NCBI GenBank assembly: GCA_038317055.1
Contig: JBBQBA010000001.1
Span: 152,153-216,152, forward strand
Reading direction: 5' to 3'
DNA length: 64,000 bases
Source of the DNA: Candidatus Saccharimonadales bacterium
Lineage (GTDB): Bacteria > Patescibacteriota > Saccharimonadia > Saccharimonadales > DATKHC01
In this document: in pieces, positions 18,795-28,823 of the stretch
How the letters are laid out: the number at the start of each line of letters is the position of its first letter
How positions within the stretch are numbered: the first letter of the stretch is position 1
Made by a program: the position numbers and the translations under genes
The notes under the pieces: generated by a model
Told to the model about the DNA's origin: nothing
Seen by the model: the letters and a program-made list of their open reading frames with translations, nothing else
Database searches by the model: none

Positions 18795-20312
18795 TTATTT
18801 AAAATTAGCTTCTAGATATAAAACGTTCGATGATGAATTGGTTAATTGTTCGACAGTAGCAGCATCAGTCGGGCTAATACCATCCGCCATGTTACTTATC
18901 CGATTGTTAATTGTTCCGTTACCCATCATAACATTGGCCACAGCGGGGGCGAATTTATCTAAACTGTTAGCTCTAATGGCACTTTCACCTGCTACTCCTG
19001 TCATTATATTTATCCATACTTGAGAATCTGTATCTATAAGTAATCCAGTTGCAGGTGCAGTCATAATCCATTCTGAACTAGCATAACCACCGCCATTAAT
19101 AATTCCTACGGTTCTACTTCTAACAGTTGTTGCTGCTGCAAATTCAGCAGGCCTAGTTCCGACACTGCCACCAGAAGGTACTAGCCATAATCCATTACGA
19201 GATCCTGTTACTTGGTTAGTTAATAAAACTAGATCGTTTGCGAGTAGTGTGTATGAATCAATAACCGTTGAGCCTGCTGTGAGTGTTGGACCTCCTCCTG
19301 CATATGCAAAATCTGTTGCGGTAGTTGGAGCATATACTACTGCTGCTGGTGTAAGACTTGATATCTGTAGATTTGATCTCGAGTAACCGGCATTTCCTAC
19401 ATCGCTTAAATTATTTGCAGCAAGTAATACTCCGCTTGCTGAAGCCCCGGTTGAACCTGCTGGGCCGGTAGGACCAGTAGTTCCTTGAGAACCAGATGGT
19501 CCTGTTGCTCCAGTAGTGCCTGCTCCGGTAGCTCCTTGTGTACCAGTGTTTCCAGTGATTCCAGTTGGTCCGGTAGGGCCAGTTGTGCCTTGCGAACCAG
19601 ATGGTCCTGTTGCTCCGTCGTTGCCTGCTGGACCTGTAGCACCAGTTGTTCCAGCACCGGCAGGGCCAGTTGCTCCTGAGGCTCCAATTGTTCCTGTAGG
19701 TCCAGTAGCTCCGGTTGTTCCTGCACCAGTAGCACCTTGTGATCCGGTTGCGCCAGTAAATCCTGTTGGACCAGTTGCTCCTCCACCCGGACCTGTTGGG
19801 CCTTGCGAACCAGTCGCACCAGTAGTGCCTGAGCCAGTGGCACCTTGAGTACCTGTGGCACCTGTACCACCATCATTACCAGTTGGGCCAGTTGCACCAG
19901 TTGTTCCCACCCCTGTAGCACCTTGTGTGCCGGAAGTACCTGTTGCACCAGTAGAACCTTGACCACCCGCTCCACCGGTAGGACCTGTTGCTCCAGTTGT
20001 ACCTTGTGATCCCGAAGTACCTGTAGCCCCAGTAGATCCTTGACTTCCCGCTCCACCGGTAGGACCAGTTGCTCCAGTTGTACCAGTACCAGTTGCACCT
20101 GTTGCACCAGTGATTCCCACTGGTCCAGTGGCACCTGTTGCACCGCTACCTGGACCGGTTGCTCCAGTTGTACCTTGAGGCCCCTGGGGACCTGTTGAAC
20201 CTATAGCTGAACCCTTTAAGCTCCCGTCAGTATTTAGAGAGACACTTAAGAAATCATTTAGTATATTACCCCAATTACCATCATCACCACCGGGCGTAGG
20301 CAATCGTGCCAT
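18795..20312 (-). CDS. collagen-like triple-helix repeat protein, phage-tail-fibre-like (paralog 2)
   Basis: Start moved to [27 protein letters not shown] (ATG 20310-20312, GAGGGG 12 nt upstream). About 260 aa of G-X-Y repeats (GATGPTG...), then a C-terminal globular part with ..[28 protein letters not shown]. Confidence 0.8.
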   Translation of the reverse strand: MARLPTPGGDDGNWGNILNDFLSVSLNTDGSLKGSAIGSTGPQGPQGTTGATGPGSGATGATGPVGITGATGATGTGTTGATGPTGGAGSQGSTGATGTSGSQGTTGATGPTGGAGGQGSTGATGTSGTQGATGVGTTGATGPTGNDGGTGATGTQGATGSGTTGATGSQGPTGPGGGATGPTGFTGATGSQGATGAGTTGATGPTGTIGASGATGPAGAGTTGATGPAGNDGATGPSGSQGTTGPTGPTGITGNTGTQGATGAGTTGATGPSGSQGTTGPTGPAGSTGASASGVLLAANNLSDVGNAGYSRSNLQISSLTPAAVVYAPTTATDFAYAGGGPTLTAGSTVIDSYTLLANDLVLLTNQVTGSRNGLWLVPSGGSVGTRPAEFAAATTVRSRTVGIINGGGYASSEWIMTAPATGLLIDTDSQVWINIMTGVAGESAIRANSLDKFAPAVANVMMGNGTINNRISNMADGISPTDAATVEQLTNSSSNVLYLEANFK

Positions 20313-20733
20313 AAAATTAATACCCCTCAATACCTAAATATTCGCTTGCGCTTAGTATAACAAACAAACGAACTTTTAAGAAGACTTGTGGTGCTTAAAT
20401 CGTTGTAAATTATTTTAAGAAATAGGAATATTAAATTATGGCGCTATATTCCCAAGTGAAATAGATTTTCGGACGACATCACTCTCCCAACTTGAATCAG
20501 TAAATGCTTCGTTTCCTGAGAAATAAGATTCGCTATTATAGTCCAGATGAAAACCACTTAGTTAGAAAAGTGGAATAATTGGAGTAACAGTATTTTGGGC
20601 TAATTGTATTTCAGAAAGTACAATAATTATTACTCTGTAATATACAGAATATTGGTACGCAAAAAGGGGTATGTATCGGATAATCTTGGCTTGTCAAGTA
20701 GGCCAATTGCCAACGGTTTAGTGGCTAGTGACG

Positions 20734-21366
20734 TTAAAATGCCTCTAATACACCTGTTGTATTTTGTTCAATAAATACACCCAACATACCAAAAGCATGG
20801 CTATTACCCCAACTAGCTGTGTACGCAATAGATGCTTGGGTATCGCTAATAATAAGATAACCACCTTGAGCACGAGTTGCAACTACTGTTGATGTGCTAA
20901 TTGGATTTGTTCCACTTCCTGCAGTCCAACTAGTAGGAGTACCTGAAGAAAGTGCTTGTCCTACCGCCATTAACAGGATGTCACCAGTATTCGTAGATGT
21001 TGGCATAGTCAGAATTCCGCTAGTCCCTGTTTGGGCATTTAGAGCAGTTGGTGTTCCTTCAACAGTATTTGCTGCACCGTTTAACTCCCACATAGTAATA
21101 CCCTGGCTGGTTCCACCACTACCAGCCGTAACAGTTATGGTAGTTTCCGTACCATCTGCCACACGTGTACCAAAAAAAAGTGAATTAGCTCCTGCGGACC
21201 ATGTTGCATTTGTACCATTAAAAACCCATCCAGTAACTGAAGGAGCTGAAGTAGTGGCTGATTGTGATACAAAACAACAAAGTAAATTACGAGCAGTTGG
21301 AGCAATTGCTAAGGTTGAAGCGGCTGCACCAGCTGTTTGCGATAAGTTAACTACTAAAATGGGCAT
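20734..21366 (-). CDS. hypothetical beta-rich protein (210 aa) downstream of fibre paralog 1
   Basis: Its start lies 4 nt after the stop of the 823-aa gene. Thr/Ser/Gly-rich. No recognisable domain. Confidence 0.45.
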   Translation of the reverse strand: MPILVVNLSQTAGAAASTLAIAPTARNLLCCFVSQSATTSAPSVTGWVFNGTNATWSAGANSLFFGTRVADGTETTITVTAGSGGTSQGITMWELNGAANTVEGTPTALNAQTGTSGILTMPTSTNTGDILLMAVGQALSSGTPTSWTAGSGTNPISTSTVVATRAQGGYLIISDTQASIAYTASWGNSHAFGMLGVFIEQNTTGVLEAF

Positions 21367-21369
21367 GAT

Positions 21370-23841
21370 CTATGATACCCCTACACAGCGCCACTTACTT
21401 GTTAATCCGTTCCAAATAAATCCAACCGTTAGAGGTAAAGTAGTTGAGCCATTAGAAATAAAGGGCACTTGAATATTGCTTGTCTCAGTATTAATCCATG
21501 TTAATGTCTGTGTTGCGGCTGAAAAATCTACCACTTTGACGAGAAGTTTCTGACCATCTGTAGGTGAAGGACTTGATGTAGCAATAGTAATTTGCAGTGC
21601 AGCAGCTGAACCATTCTGTACAGTAACTACGTCTGAACTACTGGGTACCGTTGCTGTATTGGGTGGTCCAGTTACTGTGGCAATCACCTTCTTTGCTGCT
21701 GCACCCACCGGACTCCAAACACCCGCAGTACCACCAGAACTATATGACCCCGTCGGAGCACTGGCAACAATTACTTCAAATTGTGTCGCCGATAGGCCTG
21801 CTGAAATCACGACCCAAGTCCCATTCGGGTTATTTGTGGCAAAGCCCGTTATGCCAGAGATGCTTACAGATTGGCCAACTATTAAGCTGTTAGCTGCTGT
21901 GTACGTAACCGTTGTACCTGAATTCGTTGCGCCAGTAATAGGCCCTGTGGTACTAGAAATTGGTGAGCATATCCACATTTGACCAGAACTTGTCACAATG
22001 AAATCATTTGGAGAGAATAATTTCGTAGCTCCAGTAGCTACACCTGACGCAGTGCCACCAGCCAACCTTATTACTGTTGTTGCGCCAGTTATACCAGTTA
22101 GTGCAAGTCCACCATTGGTTTGTAATGTAGCTGTGTATGTAATTGATCTATATAAAATGGCATCCGGGGAGGTACTTCCACCAACCCCAAAGCCAAGAGC
22201 AGGAACCGTAAAGAAAACTCCCATACTTAGATAGGGCTGAGAGTCACCAGAATTAAAATAAAGTGATAAACCCGCTGGATTTAATGTTTGAAATACTTTG
22301 CCGTGAGCTGCAGTACTATCTTGGAATGTTCCGGTTACAGCAATAACAGGTGGATTTGTACCCGTAACAGAAATTGTATTGTTTGTATCCGCACTTGGCA
22401 ATTGAGAATAAATAAGTGGCTGACCACTAGAGGCAGCAGCTGCAACATTAGTCAGAGTTGAGCCACCCATACTATAGTTACCTGTTGCTGAAGTTAATTG
22501 ATTAAGAGAGTTGTTTCTAATAATAGTTTCTTGAGATAAATTACCAACCCATGAGTTCAAGATGAACCAATTTGTACCATCCGAATCAAGCCAAATTGAA
22601 TCATATTGAACAATCAAGCCAATTGATGAGACACCATCAATAGTACCTGAAGCCGGTGTTACGGTTATTGTTCCAGCACCGTTATCAATCTTTTTAATAA
22701 ATACTTGATTACCCAGACTAGCTGCCGGTAATGTTAAAGTCCAACCTCCTACGCCTGCAGTTGCTAGTACAATATCGCCTGATATTGCTGCATAAGTAGT
22801 ATTTTGGGCAACTACTCGGTTAACGCTAATTCTACTACGAGGAAGATTACCTTGAATTGCTATCCAAATACCACCAGATGCATTATAAATATAAGTTATA
22901 GCTTGATTTACTAAACTAAGCGATTGCGTCGTAGTACCACCAGTAATATCAAATACATCTGAACCACCCGAAGCAATTGTAAGTTGATATCCAAAAGTTG
23001 CGGAATTTCCAACAACAATTTTAACCCCTATAATTGTTTTATCCGTCGGTGCAGTTGGCAAAGTAACAGTAAATGATCCGCTAGATATATCGCATGCTAC
23101 AAGATCATTGGGATTTGCTGAGTAATTTGAAGTTTTAACGGAAGTCAGTGACAATTGTGTTATTGGACCAGTAGCGCCGGTCGTGCCTTGAGTACCAGCG
23201 TTCCCGGTTGGGCCAGTTGCACCTGTTGTACCTTGTGAACCAGACGGTCCTGTGGCACCAGTCGTTCCCGCACCAGTGGCACCGGTTGTGCCTTGAGTAC
23301 CAGCGTTCCCGGTTGGGCCAGTTGCACCTGTTGTACCCGCACCAGTGGCACCATCTGGGCCAGTTGCACCAGTAAAACCAGTTGGTCCTGTGGCTCCACC
23401 CCCAGGGCCAGTTGGACCTTGTGAACCAGTGGCACCTGTTGTGCCAACTCCAGTAGCACCCGTATTACCCAACGAACCAGTTGGGCCAGTTGCACCTGTT
23501 GTTCCCGCACCGGTGGCACCAGTAGTGCCGCTGCTGCCGACTGAACCGCTTGCACCCGTTGATCCTTGCGTACCGATTCCACCTGATGGACCTGTCGCTC
23601 CAGTATTGCCATTATTGCCTTGTGATCCAGTAGCCCCTGTTCCACCATCGTTACCTTGGGGTCCTGTTGATCCGGTAGACCCAGCACCAGGTCCTGTAGC
23701 ACCCTGAGGACCCTGAGGTCCAGTTGGGCCTATTGTAGAACCCTTAAGTGTACCATCAGAATTTAGAGACACACTTAAAAAATCATTAAGTATGCTACCC
23801 CAGTTACCATCGTCACCACCGGGTGAAGGTAATCTTGCCAT
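21370..23841 (-). CDS. collagen-like triple-helix repeat protein, phage-tail-fibre-like (paralog 1)
   Basis: 823 aa. N-terminus [27 protein letters not shown] is shared with two paralogs. About 190 aa of G-X-Y repeats, then a ~600-aa beta-rich C-terminal region. Confidence 0.8.
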   Translation of the reverse strand: MARLPSPGGDDGNWGSILNDFLSVSLNSDGTLKGSTIGPTGPQGPQGATGPGAGSTGSTGPQGNDGGTGATGSQGNNGNTGATGPSGGIGTQGSTGASGSVGSSGTTGATGAGTTGATGPTGSLGNTGATGVGTTGATGSQGPTGPGGGATGPTGFTGATGPDGATGAGTTGATGPTGNAGTQGTTGATGAGTTGATGPSGSQGTTGATGPTGNAGTQGTTGATGPITQLSLTSVKTSNYSANPNDLVACDISSGSFTVTLPTAPTDKTIIGVKIVVGNSATFGYQLTIASGGSDVFDITGGTTTQSLSLVNQAITYIYNASGGIWIAIQGNLPRSRISVNRVVAQNTTYAAISGDIVLATAGVGGWTLTLPAASLGNQVFIKKIDNGAGTITVTPASGTIDGVSSIGLIVQYDSIWLDSDGTNWFILNSWVGNLSQETIIRNNSLNQLTSATGNYSMGGSTLTNVAAAASSGQPLIYSQLPSADTNNTISVTGTNPPVIAVTGTFQDSTAAHGKVFQTLNPAGLSLYFNSGDSQPYLSMGVFFTVPALGFGVGGSTSPDAILYRSITYTATLQTNGGLALTGITGATTVIRLAGGTASGVATGATKLFSPNDFIVTSSGQMWICSPISSTTGPITGATNSGTTVTYTAANSLIVGQSVSISGITGFATNNPNGTWVVISAGLSATQFEVIVASAPTGSYSSGGTAGVWSPVGAAAKKVIATVTGPPNTATVPSSSDVVTVQNGSAAALQITIATSSPSPTDGQKLLVKVVDFSAATQTLTWINTETSNIQVPFISNGSTTLPLTVGFIWNGLTSKWRCVGVS

Positions 23842-23951
23842 CTATTTCTTCTTACCCTTCGGTTATTATCAATAGCAATATTAGCTTAAGTATATCGAAT
23901 TAGTGCAGATACTAATACACCTATATAATTCCGTAGAATTATAATTATATT

Positions 23952-24191
23952 CTAGACTCCGTATGGGCCGGCACCGAAACCAACTTTTGAGCCAGAATTA
24001 GCTGTTTGGTGTTTGTGAATAACAGTAGTTTTGCCTTTACCCGTCAAGAAATGAACTATTGGACCTAGTCCAACTACTGTAAGTGCACCTAATCCAACAA
24101 TAGATAAGAATTCAGTACGATTAACTTCTCTGGTAAGAAGTTCTTGGATTGGCTTTACGTTTTTCTGCTGATTTATATTTTGTTGATCCAT
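23952..24191 (-). CDS. small membrane protein with Tat-signal-like N-region (hypothetical)
   Basis: 79 aa. ..REVNRTEFLSIVGLGALTVVGLG.. resembles an (S/T)RRxFLK plus h-region but has a single Arg. Immediately downstream of tatC. Confidence 0.4.
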   Translation of the reverse strand: MDQQNINQQKNVKPIQELLTREVNRTEFLSIVGLGALTVVGLGPIVHFLTGKGKTTVIHKHQTANSGSKVGFGAGPYGV

Positions 24192-24244
24192 TTTTGATCT
24201 TTTTATATTAACTTTTTTTGTTTTTATGGTTACTATTTGTTACT

Positions 24245-25177
24245 TTACTGTACTAATGCATAACCGTCAATATCTTTTCTGTCTATTATCCCCCGATTTT
24301 GATTAGCTTCAGTTTCCACAACCATTTGAGGTTGTAGCAATCGAGAATTTTGAGCTATCAATTGACGTTGTTTCCTATTTTCTTCATCTTTTTGTCTGAG
24401 TACAGCTATTGAAGCTTTTTTACCCGGTCGGTGTTCATACCAAACGATAATTATCGCTAATTGATACATGATTATTATCGGCATTGCTATTAATCCCTGA
24501 TAAATAAGACTAGGTACAGGGGCCATTAGCATGGCTACAATAAAACTACCTGCAATTACATGTCTTTCGTATTTCAAAAACCTACCAGGTCCTTTTGGTT
24601 TAACCTTATCTATAAACCAAACAATTAACGGGAGCTGAAAAAGTAGTGCAGAACCACCTAGGTATATCGTTAGAAATGACATGTATTCTTGTATAGTGAA
24701 AAGTGCATGTATTTGGCTAGTATTAAATTGGTTACCCAAAAAATGCAGAGCTGTTGGTAAACCAACATAATATCCAAATATGAAACCAGCGGTCGCAAGA
24801 AGAAACGAAACAATGCTTGCCTTAAGTACCAATTTTGTATGTTTTGTCGAGATTACCGGTTCGATAAATTTCATGATGTGATAAAGAATTACAGGAAGCG
24901 CGATTACTATACCTACATAGGTACATATTTGAAATAGAAAGGCAATACCACCTCCCGGTGAGGTGTATATAAACTGCTGACCATGAGCTGGTCTTAATAG
25001 AAAATGCACAATTCGCTGTTGGACAAAATATGCCAATGTAGAAAAGAGTAGAATCGCCCCAACTACATAGAAGAGACGAGATCTTATCTCAATTAAGTGC
25101 TCTACAAACGGTGCTTTTATATTAGCTATTTGCGTCTGTTGTGGTTGCTTCTTGTTTTTCTTTTGGTGCGCCCTCAT
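24245..25177 (-). CDS. tatC: twin-arginine translocase subunit TatC
   Basis: 310 aa, 6 TM. HLIEIRSRL start motif. The annotated start overlaps the tatA 3' end by 56 nt, so the true start is uncertain. Confidence 0.85.
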   Translation of the reverse strand: MRAHQKKNKKQPQQTQIANIKAPFVEHLIEIRSRLFYVVGAILLFSTLAYFVQQRIVHFLLRPAHGQQFIYTSPGGGIAFLFQICTYVGIVIALPVILYHIMKFIEPVISTKHTKLVLKASIVSFLLATAGFIFGYYVGLPTALHFLGNQFNTSQIHALFTIQEYMSFLTIYLGGSALLFQLPLIVWFIDKVKPKGPGRFLKYERHVIAGSFIVAMLMAPVPSLIYQGLIAMPIIIMYQLAIIIVWYEHRPGKKASIAVLRQKDEENRKQRQLIAQNSRLLQPQMVVETEANQNRGIIDRKDIDGYALVQ

Positions 25178-25340
25178 GATAGCCGTCGTTTATCCCTTTA
25201 CGTAACTCTCGCATGGACTCACCTAAGCTTTTAGATAGCTGAGGTAATTTTTTTCCACCAAAGAGTAACAATACTATTGCTAAAATGATGATTAGTTCTG
25301 GCGCTCCTAGATCTAAAAACGCGAAATTTGTTGGTAACAT
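25122..25340 (-). CDS. tatA: twin-arginine translocase subunit TatA/E (copy 1)
   Basis: 72 aa. LGAPELIIILAIVLLLFGGKKLPQLSKSLGESMRELRKG is the canonical TatA TM plus amphipathic helix. Confidence 0.88.
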   Translation of the reverse strand: MLPTNFAFLDLGAPELIIILAIVLLLFGGKKLPQLSKSLGESMRELRKGINDGYHEGAPKEKQEATTTDANS

Positions 25341-25421
25341 TTTTATTTCTTCCTCTTGTTATATATCACCATGTATCGTAGCATTAAGCTATAGCTTTTG
25401 TAAACAAAATAGTAAAAAAAT

Positions 25422-26126
25422 ATGTATAACGAATTTTTTAAATTACCCGTAGGAATATTAAGTAGTGTTTATGGATGCGGTGCTTATGGTAATGGTACAT
25501 ACAATAACTCCTGTTCACCATCTCCCTCACCTACTCCGACTCCAACTCCTACGTCAACACCTGCCACTCCTCCAGTTGTTTCAATAGTTTCAATAGATAA
25601 TACTCCATATACATTGGGATCCATTGAGGACGTAAATAGTTTACCGACTATATCTGGTTTAGCTCCTGCAAACTCGACAATAGTTATCACTATTACTCCG
25701 GGGGATACAACCTGTACTACAAAGGCAGACGCACAAGGTAATTGGAGTTGTAAAATCACCCAACCACTTACGAATGGATTACATACCGTAGGAGTAGTCG
25801 CGACAACACCGTCGGGTCAAGTAATTACACTTGCTTCATTCCAGATTAATGTTAGCGCTAACGTAACAACAAATACGAGCACTACTCAGTCGACGCCAAA
25901 ACCTGTACATCATACAAACTATTTGGAAATCTCATTTATTATACTAATACTAGGTCTACTTATTGGTTTTCTTATATTCTTCTTATCAAAAAGACGTAAG
26001 AAAAAAGATGATGATAGCCAGCATCCTTCTGGACCCACAATTATCCCTGACGCTCCGACTGGAATTCCCCCAGCTCCGCCTTCTTCATATCCACCAACCC
26101 CACCAACGATTACTCCTTCCAGCTAA
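25422..26126 (+). CDS. surface protein: (S/T)P-rich linker, Ig-like domain, TM anchor, Pro-rich tail
   Basis: 234 aa. SPSPSPTPTPTPTSTP linker, TISGLAPANSTIVITITPGDTTCTTKADAQGNWSC (bacterial Ig-like pattern), TM ISFIILILGLLIGFLIFFL, KRRKKK stop-transfer. Confidence 0.55.
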   Translation: MYNEFFKLPVGILSSVYGCGAYGNGTYNNSCSPSPSPTPTPTPTSTPATPPVVSIVSIDNTPYTLGSIEDVNSLPTISGLAPANSTIVITITPGDTTCTTKADAQGNWSCKITQPLTNGLHTVGVVATTPSGQVITLASFQINVSANVTTNTSTTQSTPKPVHHTNYLEISFIILILGLLIGFLIFFLSKRRKKKDDDSQHPSGPTIIPDAPTGIPPAPPSSYPPTPPTITPSS

Positions 26127-26168
26127 TAATATTTAACGCACTAGTTTATATCTGCTACAGTAGACTTG

Positions 26169-27335
26169 ATGAAGTTTAGGTTCCATGTAGTAAATCTTCC
26201 ACATACTCAAACAACCAAAGACTACACGGCTTGTGCATACACAATGAAGGTGCTGAAGTTTTGTAAAATGATGAAGTCTTTAGGTCATGAGGTCTTTTTA
26301 TATGCATCTGAAGAAAACGAAGCTCCCTGTGATGAGCTCATAACGATAGTCTCAAAAAAAGAACAATCAAAATGGTTCGGCGATTATGACCACAAAACTA
26401 ATATGTTCAATATTGAGTGGAATGAAACCCTTCCCCACTGGACTATTCCAAATATGCGGGCAATAAAGGAAATAAAGAAACGCGCTCAACAAAGAGATTT
26501 TATTTGTATTATTGGTGGTGTTTGCCAGAAACAAATATCCGATGGACTACCAGAGCTAATGTCGGTTGAATATGGTATTGGCTACGAAGGTGTTTACTCT
26601 AACTTTAGGGTTTATGAAAGCTATGCTCATATGCATTATGTTCAGGGAATTATGCACGACGATAATGGACGATTCTTTGATACAGTTATACCAAATTACT
26701 TCGATCCTGATGAATTTACTTTCAGAGAAAAAAAGGATGATTTCTATCTATTTATTGGTAGACTGATTCCTCGGAAAGGACCAGAAATGGCAGTTGAGGT
26801 AACTCGCAAAATTGGGGCTAAACTAATACTTGCCGGTCAAGGTGTAAAGAAAATTGAGGGTAACAAAATTTACGGCGAAGAAGGCATGATAATTGAGGGT
26901 AATCACATTAAACATATGGGTCATGCTGATGTTGCCCAAAGGTCTGAACTTATGGGCCGGGCAAAAGCTGTATTTGTATGTACGTATTATCTTGAACCCT
27001 TTGGTGGCGTATCTATCGAGCCAATGTTTTGTGGTACTCCAGTAATAACTACTGATTGGGGCGCTTTCCCCGAAAATGTAGTCCATGGTTCAGTTGGCTA
27101 CCGTGCTAGAACTATGGGTGAAGCAGTTTGGGCAGCTCAAAATCTAGATAAACTAAAAAGCCCAACAAAGATCCGTGAATATGCAATGAAAAATTTTAGT
27201 ATGGAGCGCGTTAAATATCTTTATCAAGCTTATTTTGAACAACTAAATGAAATTTGGGATAATGATGGCTGGTACTCAGACTGGAATAAAGGTGTATCTA
27301 AATACAACCGTTACACTAGATACCCTGCAAAATAA
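26169..27335 (+). CDS. GT-B fold glycosyltransferase (family 1/4-like)
   Basis: 388 aa from the ATG at 26169 (the track starts at the TTG at 26166). EX7E-type motif EPFGGVSIEPMFCGTPVI. FIGRLIPRKG. Confidence 0.8.
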   Translation: MKFRFHVVNLPHTQTTKDYTACAYTMKVLKFCKMMKSLGHEVFLYASEENEAPCDELITIVSKKEQSKWFGDYDHKTNMFNIEWNETLPHWTIPNMRAIKEIKKRAQQRDFICIIGGVCQKQISDGLPELMSVEYGIGYEGVYSNFRVYESYAHMHYVQGIMHDDNGRFFDTVIPNYFDPDEFTFREKKDDFYLFIGRLIPRKGPEMAVEVTRKIGAKLILAGQGVKKIEGNKIYGEEGMIIEGNHIKHMGHADVAQRSELMGRAKAVFVCTYYLEPFGGVSIEPMFCGTPVITTDWGAFPENVVHGSVGYRARTMGEAVWAAQNLDKLKSPTKIREYAMKNFSMERVKYLYQAYFEQLNEIWDNDGWYSDWNKGVSKYNRYTRYPAK

Positions 27336-27379
27336 AAAAAGAGCTGCTGCTCTATTTAGATAAAACTGAAACTAAATAA

Positions 27380-28042
27380 TTAAGCTTTGTGTTTAATTAT
27401 GTACTGATAAAGTATTGCTGAAGCAGCACCATATAGTACAAGCCAGTAGATCGTAAGAAGAATTCCTATTATTGTAATTGAAGGAATAATCATCAGCAAT
27501 GATACGCCGAAGATTCCATAAACTTTTCCAACATGACCTCTAGTTGCATTCCAACTAGCTTTGTAGGCATCAACTGCACTCAGCTTCTTATCTATTAGGA
27601 AATAAGGAGAAAGGACTATTCTTGGAACAATAATTAGTCCTGGAATTATAAGTAGTAGAAACGAAAGACAAGATAGTGCTAATAGTATATAAAGCAGAAT
27701 TGCTTGAAGATAAAGTGTTTTAGCTTTATCTATAACTTCACTAAGAGTTAGAGCATTGCCTTTAACTCCTGAAAGATAAAGTTGGTATATACAAAGACCA
27801 ATAAACACACTTATAAGTGCTGAAATAAGTTGACCAATCGTTGGGATGTATCTTAATACGACGCTGGCAACTATATTAATTAGCCATAGCTCGACAATCG
27901 GAACTATATTTAACATTACTGCTTCACGAGAAGGTTTGTATGCAGCAAAAGCACCTTGCCAGGATTTTGGATGTGAAGATCCTTTTGGCAAAACAACAGT
28001 AGCGCTGTGGTCTGTCTTTTTCAGATCTTTATCCATAATCAT
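27380..28042 (-). CDS. multi-pass membrane protein (DUF975-like, hypothetical)
   Basis: 220 aa, 4-5 hydrophobic helices. Convergent with the glycosyltransferase. Confidence 0.5.
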   Translation of the reverse strand: MIMDKDLKKTDHSATVVLPKGSSHPKSWQGAFAAYKPSREAVMLNIVPIVELWLINIVASVVLRYIPTIGQLISALISVFIGLCIYQLYLSGVKGNALTLSEVIDKAKTLYLQAILLYILLALSCLSFLLLIIPGLIIVPRIVLSPYFLIDKKLSAVDAYKASWNATRGHVGKVYGIFGVSLLMIIPSITIIGILLTIYWLVLYGAASAILYQYIIKHKA

Positions 28043-28224
28043 TCAACTATATTCTTAAAGGATTTGTTTTGCAACTAAACTGCAGCAATTATGCAATTAA
28101 CGGTGAAGAATCGACTAATATTTGCCGTTCTTGCAAATTACTTATGTAAATAGTGTTTATTGTATTTACAATGCTAAGGCTTAGTGCTACGCTAAAATTA
28201 ACAATTAATGAGGGAAAAGCGAAC

Positions 28225-28440
28225 ATGTTACCAACAAATTTTGCGTTCTTAGATCTTGGAACACCAGAACTTATAATTATATTGGCGATTGTTCTACTAC
28301 TTTTCGGCGGAAAAAAACTACCTCAGCTATCAAAAAGTCTTGGCGAATCAATGCGTGAAATACGTAAAGGTGTTAATGGCGATTCTCACGACAATGCAAA
28401 ATCTACAAAAGAAAAAGAACCACAAGAACCAACCAGTTAG
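28225..28440 (+). CDS. tatA: twin-arginine translocase subunit TatA/E (copy 2)
   Basis: Start moved to the ATG at 28225 (GAGGGA 10 nt upstream). The first ~50 aa are almost identical to copy 1 at protein level, but with many synonymous nucleotide differences. Confidence 0.88.
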   Translation: MLPTNFAFLDLGTPELIIILAIVLLLFGGKKLPQLSKSLGESMREIRKGVNGDSHDNAKSTKEKEPQEPTS

Positions 28441-28743
28441 TATATAGTACTACGCTACTTACGCATTGAACGTTAATCACAACCATCGTTGAGACGTATT
28501 GTAACTAAACCAATTATTTTCTAATTAGTTTAATACATTCGTCAGTTTGAGAGATATTCTGACTATTGATTAGTTGAGAATCTAATTTAATCTAAGTGTT
28601 AATTTAAATATTAATTGATAATTAGATGAATATTGTTAATTGAAAGCACTGATTTTATTCTTTAAAGCGATTGCAAGGGTTTAAAACGGTAAAGTTAATG
28701 TTTGTTTGATGCTATTTTTTATATAATCCTATATTTTGGTTGC

Positions 28744-28772
28744 TTGATAGTACGTCTCGAACTGGTTATGAT
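28744..28772 (+). promoter_or_regulatory. candidate sigma70-type promoter for fibre paralog 3
   Basis: TTGATA-17 nt-TATGAT, about 50 nt upstream of the ATG at 28824. Confidence 0.3.
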
Positions 28773-28823
28773 ATGAACATTAGTAATAGAAGTAAACATA
28801 TAAAATGTTTGGATAACTAGCTT

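Noticed and set aside
19406-20143. Alternative-frame and antisense ORFs inside the collagen-repeat regions (19406..20143, 19485..19679, 19516..19848, 23160..23702, 23345..23707, 20894..21472, 21651..22234)
   Set aside because: The 9-nt periodic GGN-NNN-NNN repeats keep several frames open. The products are low-complexity (Q/L/V- or P/V-rich) with no start context. The G-X-Y frame with the conserved MARLP N-terminus is the real one.
27340-27353. Hairpin AGAGC-TGCT-GCTCT between the convergent glycosyltransferase and membrane-protein genes, as a terminator
   Set aside because: The stem is only 5 bp with weak flanking A/T runs. This is too marginal to list as a feature.
25122-28440. The two tatA genes as a recent inverted repeat, or an assembly duplication
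   Set aside because: The nucleotide sequences differ at many synonymous positions while the proteins are near-identical. These are old paralogs under purifying selection, not a recent or artefactual repeat.
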